Source: Oscillospiraceae bacterium (lineage in GTDB: Bacteria; Bacillota; Clostridia; Oscillospirales; Ruminococcaceae). From it: a stretch of 64,000 nucleotides of DNA. Made by a program: the position numbers and the translations under genes. The stretch's first letter is position 1, and every line of letters begins with the position of its first letter. The stretch lies in assembly GCA_019423755.1 (NCBI GenBank), contig JAHZAU010000009.1, positions 3,815 to 67,814 of the forward strand, written 5' to 3'. Under the pieces are notes generated by a model. The model worked only from the letters and a program-made list of their open reading frames with translations, made no database searches and was not told where the DNA came from. Positions 35,929 to 44,364 of this stretch are shown in pieces.

Positions 35929-36423
35929 ATGAAAGTAGCGATCCTCGTTTACAGCAAGACCGGCATCACCCAGGAGACCGGCGAGCTCATCGGTAAGGGC
36001 GTAGCCTCGGTAGAAGGCTGCGAATACCGGGTCATGTCCATCGAAGACCTGGATAAGGATTACGTAAACGCCGCCGACGCGGTGGTGTTCGGTACCCCCA
36101 CCTACTACGCCAATATGGCCTGGCAGATGAAAAAATGGATCGACGAGGGCTGCAGCGGCCTGAACCTGGCCGGTAAGCTGGGCGCGGTGTTCGCCACCGC
36201 CAACGTCATCGGCGGCGGCTCCGAGACCGCCCTGCTTACCCTCATCAACCACATCCTGGTCAAGGGGATGGTGGTGTACTCCGGCGGCTGCGCCTGCGGC
36301 AAGCCCTACACCCACATCGGCCTGACCCGGGTCAACGAGGTGCCTCTGGAGCAGCAGCAGGAGAAGATCACCCTCTTCGGCCAGCGCATCGCCCAGAAAG
36401 CCAAGGAACTGTTTGTAAAATAG
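35929..36423 (+). CDS. Flavodoxin/WrbA-like protein
   Basis: YSKTGIT, FGTPTY and LAGKLGAVFAT motifs. Confidence 0.88.
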   Translation: MKVAILVYSKTGITQETGELIGKGVASVEGCEYRVMSIEDLDKDYVNAADAVVFGTPTYYANMAWQMKKWIDEGCSGLNLAGKLGAVFATANVIGGGSETALLTLINHILVKGMVVYSGGCACGKPYTHIGLTRVNEVPLEQQQEKITLFGQRIAQKAKELFVK

Positions 36424-36435
36424 CCCAAAATCCGA

Positions 36436-36475
36436 AAAAACGCCCCCGCTTCCAATTTGGAAGCGGGGGCGTTTT
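36436..36475. terminator. Bidirectional terminator
   Basis: AAAACGCCCCCGCTTCCA / TGGAAGCGGGGGCGTTTT. Confidence 0.85.
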
Positions 36476-36485
36476 GGTTTTGGTG

Positions 36486-37682
36486 TTATTCTTGGGTTTC
36501 GCTAGTGGAGGGCTGCAGCAGCCTCTGGTAGCAGGAATCGATAGCAAAGGCCCCCAGCGGCGCTGTGACCAGGATGGCCAGCACCGCCACCGTCAGGGTC
36601 AGCTGCCCGCAGGCAAGGCCCATAGCCAGCGGCAGACCGCCGATGGCCGCCTGTACGGTGGCCTTAGGGGTGTAGGCGATCATGCAGAACAGCCGCTCCT
36701 TTTTGGAGAGGGCGGTGCCGGTCATGCAGAAGGCAACGCCCAGCATCCGCACCACCAAAGCGCCGGCCAGCACCAACAGCGCTGCCGCACCGGCCTTCCA
36801 CACATAGGCAAGGTCCACCGTCGCGCCTACCAGTACGAAAAGCAGCACCTCCGCGGCCTCCCACAGCTTGTTGTACTTTTGGGAGAGCCGTGCCGAAAGC
36901 ACCGGGTAACGCTGGTTAATGGTCAGGCCCAGCGCCATAATAGCAAGCAGGCCGGAAAGGGGCAGAATGCCCTCCAGCTGATCCTCCAGCTCCAGCAGCA
37001 GGAAGGAGATGCTCAGGATGATAAGGATCTTGGCCGAATCCCGGATGTGTACCCGCTGGAAAAACCACACCAGACCCAAGCCCACAGCGCAGCCGGCCAC
37101 CACGCCGGTGAGGATAGAAACCGGCACCGAAAGCAGGCTCCAGGCGGAGAAGCTGCCCCCCAGAGCCAGGGAGGTGAAGGCGGTAAACAGCACGATGACG
37201 AACACGTCGTCCACCGAAGCTCCCGCCAGGATCATCTGGGGGATGCAGTGGTTTTGGCCGTAGCCCTCCTCCATGAGGCGCAGCATCCGCGGTACGATGA
37301 CCGCCGGGGACACCGCCGCGATGACCGAACCGATGATGGCGGCTTCCAGATAGCTGACCCCCAGCAGCGGCGGAGCCAGCAGCACCGTCCCGGCGATCTC
37401 AAAGCAGGCCGGCACGAAGCACAGCAGCACCGCCGGGCGTCCGGCCCGCTTCAGGTCGCCCAAATCCAGCGAAAGCCCGGCCCGGGTGAGGATGATCACC
37501 AGCGCCAGCTGCCGCAGGTCGGCGGAGATGGAAAGCAGCGAGCCGTCCAGCAGGTCCAGGGCGTAAGGCCCCAGCAGCATTCCGGTGAAGATCATCCCCA
37601 CCAGCGCCGGCAGCCGCAGCCGCCCGCTCAGCCACCCCAGCCCCATTCCCACCAGGAAAATCAGAGCAAGACTTGTTAACAT
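36486..37682 (-). CDS. Cation:proton antiporter (NHA2-like Na+/H+ exchanger)
   Basis: About 12 TM; IILTRAGLSLD, AVSPAVIVP, GASVDDV and PKATVQAAIG motifs. Confidence 0.9.
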   Translation of the reverse strand: MLTSLALIFLVGMGLGWLSGRLRLPALVGMIFTGMLLGPYALDLLDGSLLSISADLRQLALVIILTRAGLSLDLGDLKRAGRPAVLLCFVPACFEIAGTVLLAPPLLGVSYLEAAIIGSVIAAVSPAVIVPRMLRLMEEGYGQNHCIPQMILAGASVDDVFVIVLFTAFTSLALGGSFSAWSLLSVPVSILTGVVAGCAVGLGLVWFFQRVHIRDSAKILIILSISFLLLELEDQLEGILPLSGLLAIMALGLTINQRYPVLSARLSQKYNKLWEAAEVLLFVLVGATVDLAYVWKAGAAALLVLAGALVVRMLGVAFCMTGTALSKKERLFCMIAYTPKATVQAAIGGLPLAMGLACGQLTLTVAVLAILVTAPLGAFAIDSCYQRLLQPSTSETQE

Positions 37683-37736
37683 AAAAATCCTCCTTTAAAC
37701 GCAGAAAAAGCCGATGCCTCCTGCGCCCAATTTGTC

Positions 37737-37803
37737 GCAGAAGTCATCAGCTTTCATCGTCAAAGCGGTTTTGGCGCAAGCGCCAAGGGAGAACTTCATT
37801 CCC
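37737..37803 (-). ncRNA. Fluoride riboswitch (crcB motif)
   Basis: Reverse complement GGGAATGAAGTTCTCCC-hairpin-AAACCGCTT...AAGCTGATGACTTCTGC; overlapping terminator at about 37704-37752; TTGACT-N18-TATAAT promoter at 37813-37842. Confidence 0.9.
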
Positions 37804-37851
37804 ACAGCCCGTATTATACGACGAAGCGGGAGAAAAAGTCAAGGGCAGGGG

Positions 37852-38094
37852 CTATTTCTTTGCCGCAGAGGCCCCCTGCTCCTCCGGCGGCGGGTCCTCG
37901 GTAAAGCGGAACAGGTCGTTGGGGGTGCAGTCCAGCAGGGCGCACAGCGCCTCGATGTTGTCGTAGCGGATGGAGCGGGTCTCGTTGTTGATCATCCGGG
38001 TGAAGTTTTGGTAGCTCATCCCCAGCTGCTTGTACAGCCAGTAGCGGGTGCGGCCCCGTTCTTCCAGCAGGCGAAGGGCGTCCAGTTGTACCAT
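37852..38094 (-). CDS. Cro/C1-type HTH regulator
   Basis: TRYWLYKQLGMSYQNF...IEALCALLDCTPNDLF. Confidence 0.85.
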   Translation of the reverse strand: MVQLDALRLLEERGRTRYWLYKQLGMSYQNFTRMINNETRSIRYDNIEALCALLDCTPNDLFRFTEDPPPEEQGASAAKK

Positions 38095-38412
38095 ATTACC
38101 ATCAAACCTTTCCTGGCCGTCGTGGACAGGCCTTTTCCTATATCTTATTTCATCAGATATCTTTACATATAGATTATTTCATTATCTAATGCTAATATAC
38201 CTGATGTTTACATGAGATATCGCCCGCGGCCTGCCATGCCGCAAAGGCTGTTCATCCATGCCGGAGCCCGGCTGCCGCGGGCTTTGGCCACCGCTTTCCG
38301 TTGCGGCATGGCAGACGGCAGGACAAACAAAAAGCCCTTCCCCCATTTTGGAGGAAGGGCTTTTTTGTGTAAGGAGATGTCCTTTCTTGGGGAAAAGGAC
38401 CGGAGAAATCGC

Positions 38413-39213
38413 TTAACCGCGGGACGCCATATCCTGATACATGGCGTACATGGGGGTCGGCAGGCCGAAGCCGCCGGCCACCGGCAGGGTCTCGCCGGTG
38501 ATGTAGGAGGACTTGTCGCTGGCCAGGAAGAGCACCGCCTCTGCCAGGTCGTCGGGGTAACCGGGACGGTTGAGGGGGACGTTCTTCAGGAACATCTTGA
38601 GGAATTCCTCGGACATGTTGTTCATAGCCGCGTCGGTAGCGGTGAAGCCCGGCAGCACGGCGTTGCAGCGGACGCCCTGGCGGGCATACTGGACGGCGAT
38701 GTCCTTGGTCAGGAAGTTGATGGCCGCCTTGGAAACGCCGTAACCGGTGCGGGACAGGTCGGGATACAGGCCGCCCACCGAGCCGATGTTGATGATGGAG
38801 CCGCCGCCGTTTTTGATCATAGTCGGGATAGCGCGCTGGGCGGGGACGTAGACGCTGCGCAGGTTGGTTTCCACAATGTGCAGGAAGTCCTCGGCCTTGG
38901 TGTTGACCACGTCGAAGTCGGCCTTGACGTCGGTGGAGCCGAAGTTGTTAACCAGGATATCCAAGCGGCCTTCCTTGGCCACGGTTTCGTCGATCATCGA
39001 GGCGAAGGTCTCGTTTTTGGAGGCGTCGAAGTACACCACGTCGGCTTTGCCGCCAGCGGCGACGATCTCATCGGCTACCTTGCGGCCGGCTTCCAGATTG
39101 CGGACAGCGAGATATACTTTGGCGCCGTTTTCTGCCAGCTTTTTGGCGCAGGCAAGGCCGATGCCGCGGGTGGAGGAGGTAACGAGAGCAACTTTATTTT
39201 CCAGCAGGGTCAT
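38413..39213 (-). CDS. 7-alpha-hydroxysteroid dehydrogenase (SDR, probably NADP-dependent)
   Basis: LENKVALVTSSTRGIGLA, DILVNNFG, PDLSRTGYGVSK, IAVQYA and ATDAAMNNM resemble clostridial 7a-HSDH as recalled; GAAAGGAA SD. Confidence 0.85.
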   Translation of the reverse strand: MTLLENKVALVTSSTRGIGLACAKKLAENGAKVYLAVRNLEAGRKVADEIVAAGGKADVVYFDASKNETFASMIDETVAKEGRLDILVNNFGSTDVKADFDVVNTKAEDFLHIVETNLRSVYVPAQRAIPTMIKNGGGSIINIGSVGGLYPDLSRTGYGVSKAAINFLTKDIAVQYARQGVRCNAVLPGFTATDAAMNNMSEEFLKMFLKNVPLNRPGYPDDLAEAVLFLASDKSSYITGETLPVAGGFGLPTPMYAMYQDMASRG

Positions 39214-39479
39214 AAGAGAAGACTTCCTTTCCATTTTCAAAATAATAGCATATTTTGTGTCTAAATTATGTACAAACCACAATTTCTTGTATACTTATAT
39301 GATACACCCATTTTGTATAAAAGCAATAGGCGGGGAAAAAATTCACGATTTAGACAGAAGATACCGCACTTTTTATCCGATATCCCCGGCCCATTGTCCC
39401 TGCGAGAGAGGGACGGGGGCTGCCGCTTTTATTCTGGGCGACAATCCCCCCGGTCATACCGTACACCCACCGTCCGGGG

Positions 39480-39495
39480 CGTTTCATGTGAAACA
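39480..39495. promoter_or_regulatory. parS site (variant)
   Basis: CGTTTCATGTGAAACA, 2 mismatches from consensus, intergenic. Confidence 0.7.
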
Positions 39496-39589
39496 TCCCT
39501 TTTTCGACTGGTTTTTGCCCGAAACGAAAAAAGCCCGCGCCGTCTCTCCCCTTTTTGCGGGGAAAAACAGCGCGGACGACATGGTTTTG

Positions 39590-40264
39590 TTACAGATGGA
39601 GCCGCTTTTTTAACTCGGAGCGGGTGGTGCGCTCGGCAAACAGCGCCACCCCCGAAAGGGCCACGATGCCGCAGGCCGCGCAGATCACCGAAGGCCACAG
39701 CACCTTCGCCCAGCCCAACAGCAAAAACACCGGCGGCAGCAGGCAGAACCCGGCGCTGACCACAAAGTAGATGATGTGGTCCGGCAGCTTGCGGCGGGAA
39801 AGCACCGCCAACACAAAGGTGCAGCCCATGCCGGTGAGGAACAGAAACGGCACGGCATAGTCCATAGACCAGCCCCGCCAGCCGGTAAGGGCATCAAAGG
39901 CCACCAGCACTACGCCCCAGGTCACCAGCTGGTAAAGGATGCGCTTGGTGAGGCTGGAACGCTTGCGCACCGCCACCGCCAAGGTCAGCCACATGGCGCC
40001 TACCCCGGCCAGCACGAACAGCGACCAGAACCCTTCGGTAAAGACCAGCAGGTTGAGCACCCCGGCCACCACCGCCACCAGGATGGAGGCGAAGATCAGC
40101 AGCCGGAACAGCAGGCTGTGCTGGCGGTAGAGGGTGGGGATATGGGGGAAGATCTCGCCGTCATAGGCGGTATCGCTGCCGCCGGGAGCCAGCGCCCCCT
40201 GGCACAGCGGACAATGGGACCGGCTGGACGGCACCGATACCCGGCAGCTGGGACAGTATTTCAT
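39590..40264 (-). CDS. DUF6320-like membrane protein with N-terminal Zn ribbon
   Basis: CPSC...CPLC, 6 TM, GWSMDYAVP and terminal ELKKRLHL. Confidence 0.75.
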   Translation of the reverse strand: MKYCPSCRVSVPSSRSHCPLCQGALAPGGSDTAYDGEIFPHIPTLYRQHSLLFRLLIFASILVAVVAGVLNLLVFTEGFWSLFVLAGVGAMWLTLAVAVRKRSSLTKRILYQLVTWGVVLVAFDALTGWRGWSMDYAVPFLFLTGMGCTFVLAVLSRRKLPDHIIYFVVSAGFCLLPPVFLLLGWAKVLWPSVICAACGIVALSGVALFAERTTRSELKKRLHL

Positions 40265-40281
40265 CAAAGGTCCCTCCTTGA

Positions 40282-41562
40282 CTAATCGATCTCGTTGGAC
40301 TGGATCTCCACCGGCAGCCCGGCGCCGGTGAGGATGCGGAAGAAGCGCATGGGTACGTTGGTGCTGCGGAAGGCAGAGGTAAAGCTTACCGTCAGCTCGC
40401 CGCCGTAGGAGCAGACGCAGACCGAAAGCTTCGGCGCGCTGACAAAGACGTCAAAGCGGCGGATGAAGGGGTCGGCTTCCGGCGGCATCTGCACCCGCCC
40501 GATGTTGGAAAGGGAGGCGGTGATGGTGCCCTGGTCCTTCCAGTTGGCGATGCGCAGGATGCAGTCCTTGAGCACCAGCGGCACCGCCCGGGCAGCGAAG
40601 TTGTGCTCCGCCCGGGAAAGGGCGTTCATCCGGCGGCCCAGCCGCTGGGCGGTCAGCTCTTCTAAGAACACCTGCCGCACCTGGGGGATAATCTCTTCCA
40701 AAGTGAGCTGCTCCCGGCTCACCCGCACCGGCACCTGGATGGTCCCGAAGAAGTTGCGGGCGGTCTCGGAAGCAAAGTAGTTGCGCAGGTTTACCGGTAC
40801 CGTCAAGGTCACCGGGCGTTTTTCCAGCGCCCGCACCGGCAGCTCCTGGGCCAGCGCCAGCACCAGCGCCGAGGCCAGCAGCACTGTCAGGGTGGCGTCG
40901 TTTTTCTTGGCCAGTTCCAGCGCCCCTTTTACCGGCAGGATGCCTTCGATGACCCGCAGCCGTCCTTCCGGCACGCGGGGGCCGCGCAGCTGGCAGGCCC
41001 GCACCTTTTTGGGGGAGGCGTCCTGGCTGGGGGCGCTGCCCTTGGGGTTATAGTACTTGAGGAAGCTGTCCTCGGCCTTCTGGGTGGTGGAAGCGTCGTA
41101 ATGCAGGCTTAGCGGCTGCGGGAAGGACTCGGGGTGGCGCAGCTGCAGATACTCCGACACCAGCTGCCGCAGAAATTGCAGAGCGCCGGTGCCGTCGGTG
41201 AGGGCGTGGTACACCTCCAGGTTAATGCGGCAGTCCCAGTAGGTCACCTCAAAGAGCAGCGACCGGTGGTTGGGGTCGTAAAGAGGGCCGCAGGCAGGAG
41301 CGTTTTCCTCCTCCACCACCGCTTCCAGCTGACTTTCTTCCAGATAGTACCAGAACAGCCCGTGTTTGAGCACGCAGCGCCACAGCGGGAAGGAAGGCAG
41401 CGTCCGGTCCAGCGCCTGCTGCAGCAGGGTCCGGTCCACCGGCTCCCGCAGCTGACAAGCAAAGCGGAACACCTTGGTGTCCCGCTGGTTGCTGGTGGGG
41501 GGAAAGATCTTGGCAGCGTTGTCCAGCTTGTTCCAGTCGGCCGGAGCGTTAAAGCTGCTCAT
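40282..41562 (-). CDS. Alcohol acetyltransferase-like (CoA-dependent, HxxxDG) protein
   Basis: KLDNAAKIFP, YHALTDGTG, VPVNLR..F..ETARNFF and SLSNIG motifs. Confidence 0.82.
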   Translation of the reverse strand: MSSFNAPADWNKLDNAAKIFPPTSNQRDTKVFRFACQLREPVDRTLLQQALDRTLPSFPLWRCVLKHGLFWYYLEESQLEAVVEEENAPACGPLYDPNHRSLLFEVTYWDCRINLEVYHALTDGTGALQFLRQLVSEYLQLRHPESFPQPLSLHYDASTTQKAEDSFLKYYNPKGSAPSQDASPKKVRACQLRGPRVPEGRLRVIEGILPVKGALELAKKNDATLTVLLASALVLALAQELPVRALEKRPVTLTVPVNLRNYFASETARNFFGTIQVPVRVSREQLTLEEIIPQVRQVFLEELTAQRLGRRMNALSRAEHNFAARAVPLVLKDCILRIANWKDQGTITASLSNIGRVQMPPEADPFIRRFDVFVSAPKLSVCVCSYGGELTVSFTSAFRSTNVPMRFFRILTGAGLPVEIQSNEID

Positions 41563-42565
41563 GTTCCATCAACTCCTCTACGCGCAAGGCGATCTCCTCC
41601 TCCGGCAGCGGGGTGGCCAGCTGCTCCAGGGATTCCTGGACCGTGGGACGGCTGAGGAAGGCATTAATATAACGGTATGCTTTTTTCACCGGCAAAAATC
41701 CGCTGCCCATGGAGAAAAATCCGTGCAGGGCGTCCCGGATACGGTGGATCTCCACAAAGTTGCCCGCTTCCAGCAGGCGGCGGCCGTAGGCCTCGCCTTC
41801 GTCCCGCAGCGGGTCAAACTGGGCGGTGATGATCAAGGTCTCGGGCTGATGAGAAAGGTCCTCGGCCAGGATAGGGGCAAAGTAGGGGTTCTGCCGGTCC
41901 TCGAGGGAGGATTGGTACAGGTCCAGATATTCCCGCAGCCGCTGGGAGGTCAGCAGGTAGTCGGTGCCGTTTTCCCGCACCGAGGCAAAGGGTGAAGCGT
42001 CAGAGTAGTCGTTGTTGGTAGCGGGATAGAGCAAAATCTGCCGCCGGACGCAAAATTCCCCTCGGTCCCGGGCGAGCAGGGAGACCGCCGCCGCCAGGTT
42101 GCCCCCGGCGCTGTCCCCCATGATGGTGATGTCGTCGGTGCAGATGTCCAGCTGCTGGCAGCACTGGTACAGCTCCCGGGCCACCTGGTAGCAGTCCTCC
42201 AGCCCGGCGGGGAAACGGTGCTCCGGGGCCAGCCGGTAGTCCACCGAGAAGACCACGTGTCCGGTGCGCTGGGCCAGTACCGTGCAGACCTTGTCGTAGC
42301 TGTTGACGCTGCCGGTGACCCAGCCGCCGCCGTGGATGTACAGCAGCACCGGGAAGGTTCCCGAGCGGCGCGGGGCAAACACCCGCACCGGGATGCGGTG
42401 GTCCCCGGCGTCTACCGCGTGGTCCCAGATGCGGTAAAAGGGCCGCAGCACGTGGGGATGGGCGGCGTCTACCACCCGGCGGTGGGTCTTGTAGTTGTTT
42501 TTCAGGTCGAGATCCGGGGCGGAAAGCGCTTTGAGCGCCGCCCGCATCAAAGGATTGATGGCCAT
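41549..42565 (-). CDS. HSL-family alpha/beta hydrolase (esterase)
   Basis: HGGGW, DYRLAPEH, GDSAGG, DPLRDEG and HGF motifs. Confidence 0.92.
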   Translation of the reverse strand: MAINPLMRAALKALSAPDLDLKNNYKTHRRVVDAAHPHVLRPFYRIWDHAVDAGDHRIPVRVFAPRRSGTFPVLLYIHGGGWVTGSVNSYDKVCTVLAQRTGHVVFSVDYRLAPEHRFPAGLEDCYQVARELYQCCQQLDICTDDITIMGDSAGGNLAAAVSLLARDRGEFCVRRQILLYPATNNDYSDASPFASVRENGTDYLLTSQRLREYLDLYQSSLEDRQNPYFAPILAEDLSHQPETLIITAQFDPLRDEGEAYGRRLLEAGNFVEIHRIRDALHGFFSMGSGFLPVKKAYRYINAFLSRPTVQESLEQLATPLPEEEIALRVEELMEHEQL

Positions 42566-42602
42566 AATAACGTCCTTTCTTTTGAAAACGAAGGAAACCC
42601 GC

Positions 42603-43946
42603 TTATTCCCGATAGAGGCGGACCATCCGTCCTACCAGCAGCACCGCTCCCGCAAAGGTGAGCAGCTCGCTGGCCGGTACGGTGAGCCAAACGCCGTTGA
42701 TGCCCAAAAGCCCGCTGAGCAGGTACAAAAACGGCACCAGGAAGAGAAATCCGCGGCAGAAGGAAAGCACCGACGCTGCCCGGGCCTGCTCCACCGACTG
42801 CAGGAAGGTGGCGCTGACCATGTTGAAGCACATGAGCAGATAGGCGGCAAAGTAAAAGCGGATAGCCGGCACCGCGCAGGAGAGGATGGCGTCGGAGGGG
42901 TTTGCGATAAACACCTGCACGATGATATGCGGGAACAGCTCCCCGATGGCCACCAGCGTCGCGCAGAGGGCAAAGACCACCCCGTAGCCGTAGCGCAAAA
43001 ACTGCAGCACCCGGCGGTAGTATCCGGCCCCGGCGTTGAAGCTGATGAGCGGCTGGATGGTGTTGTTTACCCCGCCGAACACCGCCAGGAACACGTAGGC
43101 GGTGTTGGAGATGATGCTGTAGCTGGTGACGGCGTCTACCCCGCCCAGCTGCATGAGCCGCAGGTTAAACAGCAGGATGACCACCCCGGTAGAAAGCTCG
43201 GCGATGCAGTTGGGCAGGCCGCCCATTAAGATGCGCCGCAGGCCGCCGAGACTCACCCCGGCAAAATCCAGCCGGAGGGTGGCTTTTTTGGTGAAGAAAT
43301 GGCGGGCCAGCAGCAGGGCGCTGGTGCCGGAGGAAAGGACGGTGGCCGAGATAGCGCCGGCCATGCCAAACCCCAGTGGGAAGATAAACAGATAGTCCAG
43401 CAGGATGTTCAGCAGACAGCCGGTGACGCTGGCAATCATAGCCCAGCGGGGGGCGTGGTCGTTGCGGACGAAAAAGCCCAGCATGTTGTTAAAGACGAAC
43501 ACCACCGCCGAGCCGTTGAGGATGGTCAGATACTGACCGGTAAGGGTGATGATGGAATCGTCGGCTCCGCAGGCGTAGGCGATGGGCTTCCAGAAGATGC
43601 AGCCCAAAGCGCCCAGGCTTAACGAGACCACGGCCGCCAGCAGGATGGCGGTGGTGAAAAGGCCGTTTGCCTCGTGGTCCTTCCCCTGCCCTTTGCTGTA
43701 GGAGATGGCGGTGGCGCCGCCTGCCCCCAGCATCTGGGCAAAAGCAGTCATCAAAGTATAGCACGGCAAAGCGATGTTTAAAGCGGCCAGGCCGTCGCTG
43801 CCGACGCCGCGGCCGATGAAGATGGTGTCGCACAGCACAAAAGCGGCGGTCATCACCGTGGAAAGCAGACTGTGCAGGAAATACCGGCGGAACAGGACGC
43901 CCGGTTCCGTCTGGATCAGGTCGAAGGATGGGGTATCTTGACTCAA
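42603..43946 (-). CDS. MATE efflux transporter
   Basis: DTIFIGRGVGSDGLAALNI, NILLDYLFIF..GMAGA and QPLISFNAGA; own promoter CTGACA-N17-TATACT near 43984-44012. Confidence 0.92.
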   Translation of the reverse strand: MSQDTPSFDLIQTEPGVLFRRYFLHSLLSTVMTAAFVLCDTIFIGRGVGSDGLAALNIALPCYTLMTAFAQMLGAGGATAISYSKGQGKDHEANGLFTTAILLAAVVSLSLGALGCIFWKPIAYACGADDSIITLTGQYLTILNGSAVVFVFNNMLGFFVRNDHAPRWAMIASVTGCLLNILLDYLFIFPLGFGMAGAISATVLSSGTSALLLARHFFTKKATLRLDFAGVSLGGLRRILMGGLPNCIAELSTGVVILLFNLRLMQLGGVDAVTSYSIISNTAYVFLAVFGGVNNTIQPLISFNAGAGYYRRVLQFLRYGYGVVFALCATLVAIGELFPHIIVQVFIANPSDAILSCAVPAIRFYFAAYLLMCFNMVSATFLQSVEQARAASVLSFCRGFLFLVPFLYLLSGLLGINGVWLTVPASELLTFAGAVLLVGRMVRLYRE

Positions 43947-44030
43947 AAATAGGTTCCTCTCTCAAAAAAGTTCACTGGTAGATAGTATACCACAATTTCC
44001 AGTGGGTGTCAGCCAGGAGAAAAAGACCAT

Positions 44031-44064
44031 AGAAAAACGCCCGCATCTCTGCGGGCGTTTTTCT
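44031..44064. terminator. Bidirectional intrinsic terminator
   Basis: AGAAAAACGCCCGCA-tctc-TGCGGGCGTTTTTCT. Confidence 0.85.
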
Positions 44065-44206
44065 AAAGTTAAGGTTTGTATGAGAGTTTGAAGATGGCGA
44101 TTGGATTCTGCAGCACATAAGCCCTACGTTCCGCAGAAGTTTGGTTTGTTTCAGCCTGGGAAGGAGGCCCCAGTGCTGAGGTTGTTCAGTCATAAGTTAT
44201 CTTATG
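44031..44206 (-). ncRNA. Putative small RNA (no family recognised)
   Basis: TGGACT-N17-TATAAT promoter at 44212-44240, three hairpins (one with a CCUCCUU loop) and a terminator at 44031-44064; no SD-led ORF on this strand. Confidence 0.6.
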
Positions 44207-44247
44207 TCTGTATTATAATCCCACCTTCGCCAAAAGTCCAATACGAG

Positions 44248-44326
44248 TTAATGATGCGTTTTTTTGCTTTGATAGATACCATCAATAGACCGGGGAAAAA
44301 CGGCTTAATCATGCGGTTTTTCGCTT
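44248..44326. repeat. Imperfect 22-bp direct repeat
   Basis: TTAATGATGCGTTTTTTTGCTT (44248) and TTAATCATGCGGTTTTTCGCTT (44305), 19/22 identical. Confidence 0.6.
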
Positions 44327-44364
44327 ACCAATCATCGGGATATCCCGCAAAAATACCGCAAAAG

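Noticed and set aside
43972..44193. 73-aa minus-strand ORF over the putative sRNA
   Set aside because: No SD, atypical codons, and it crosses the terminator
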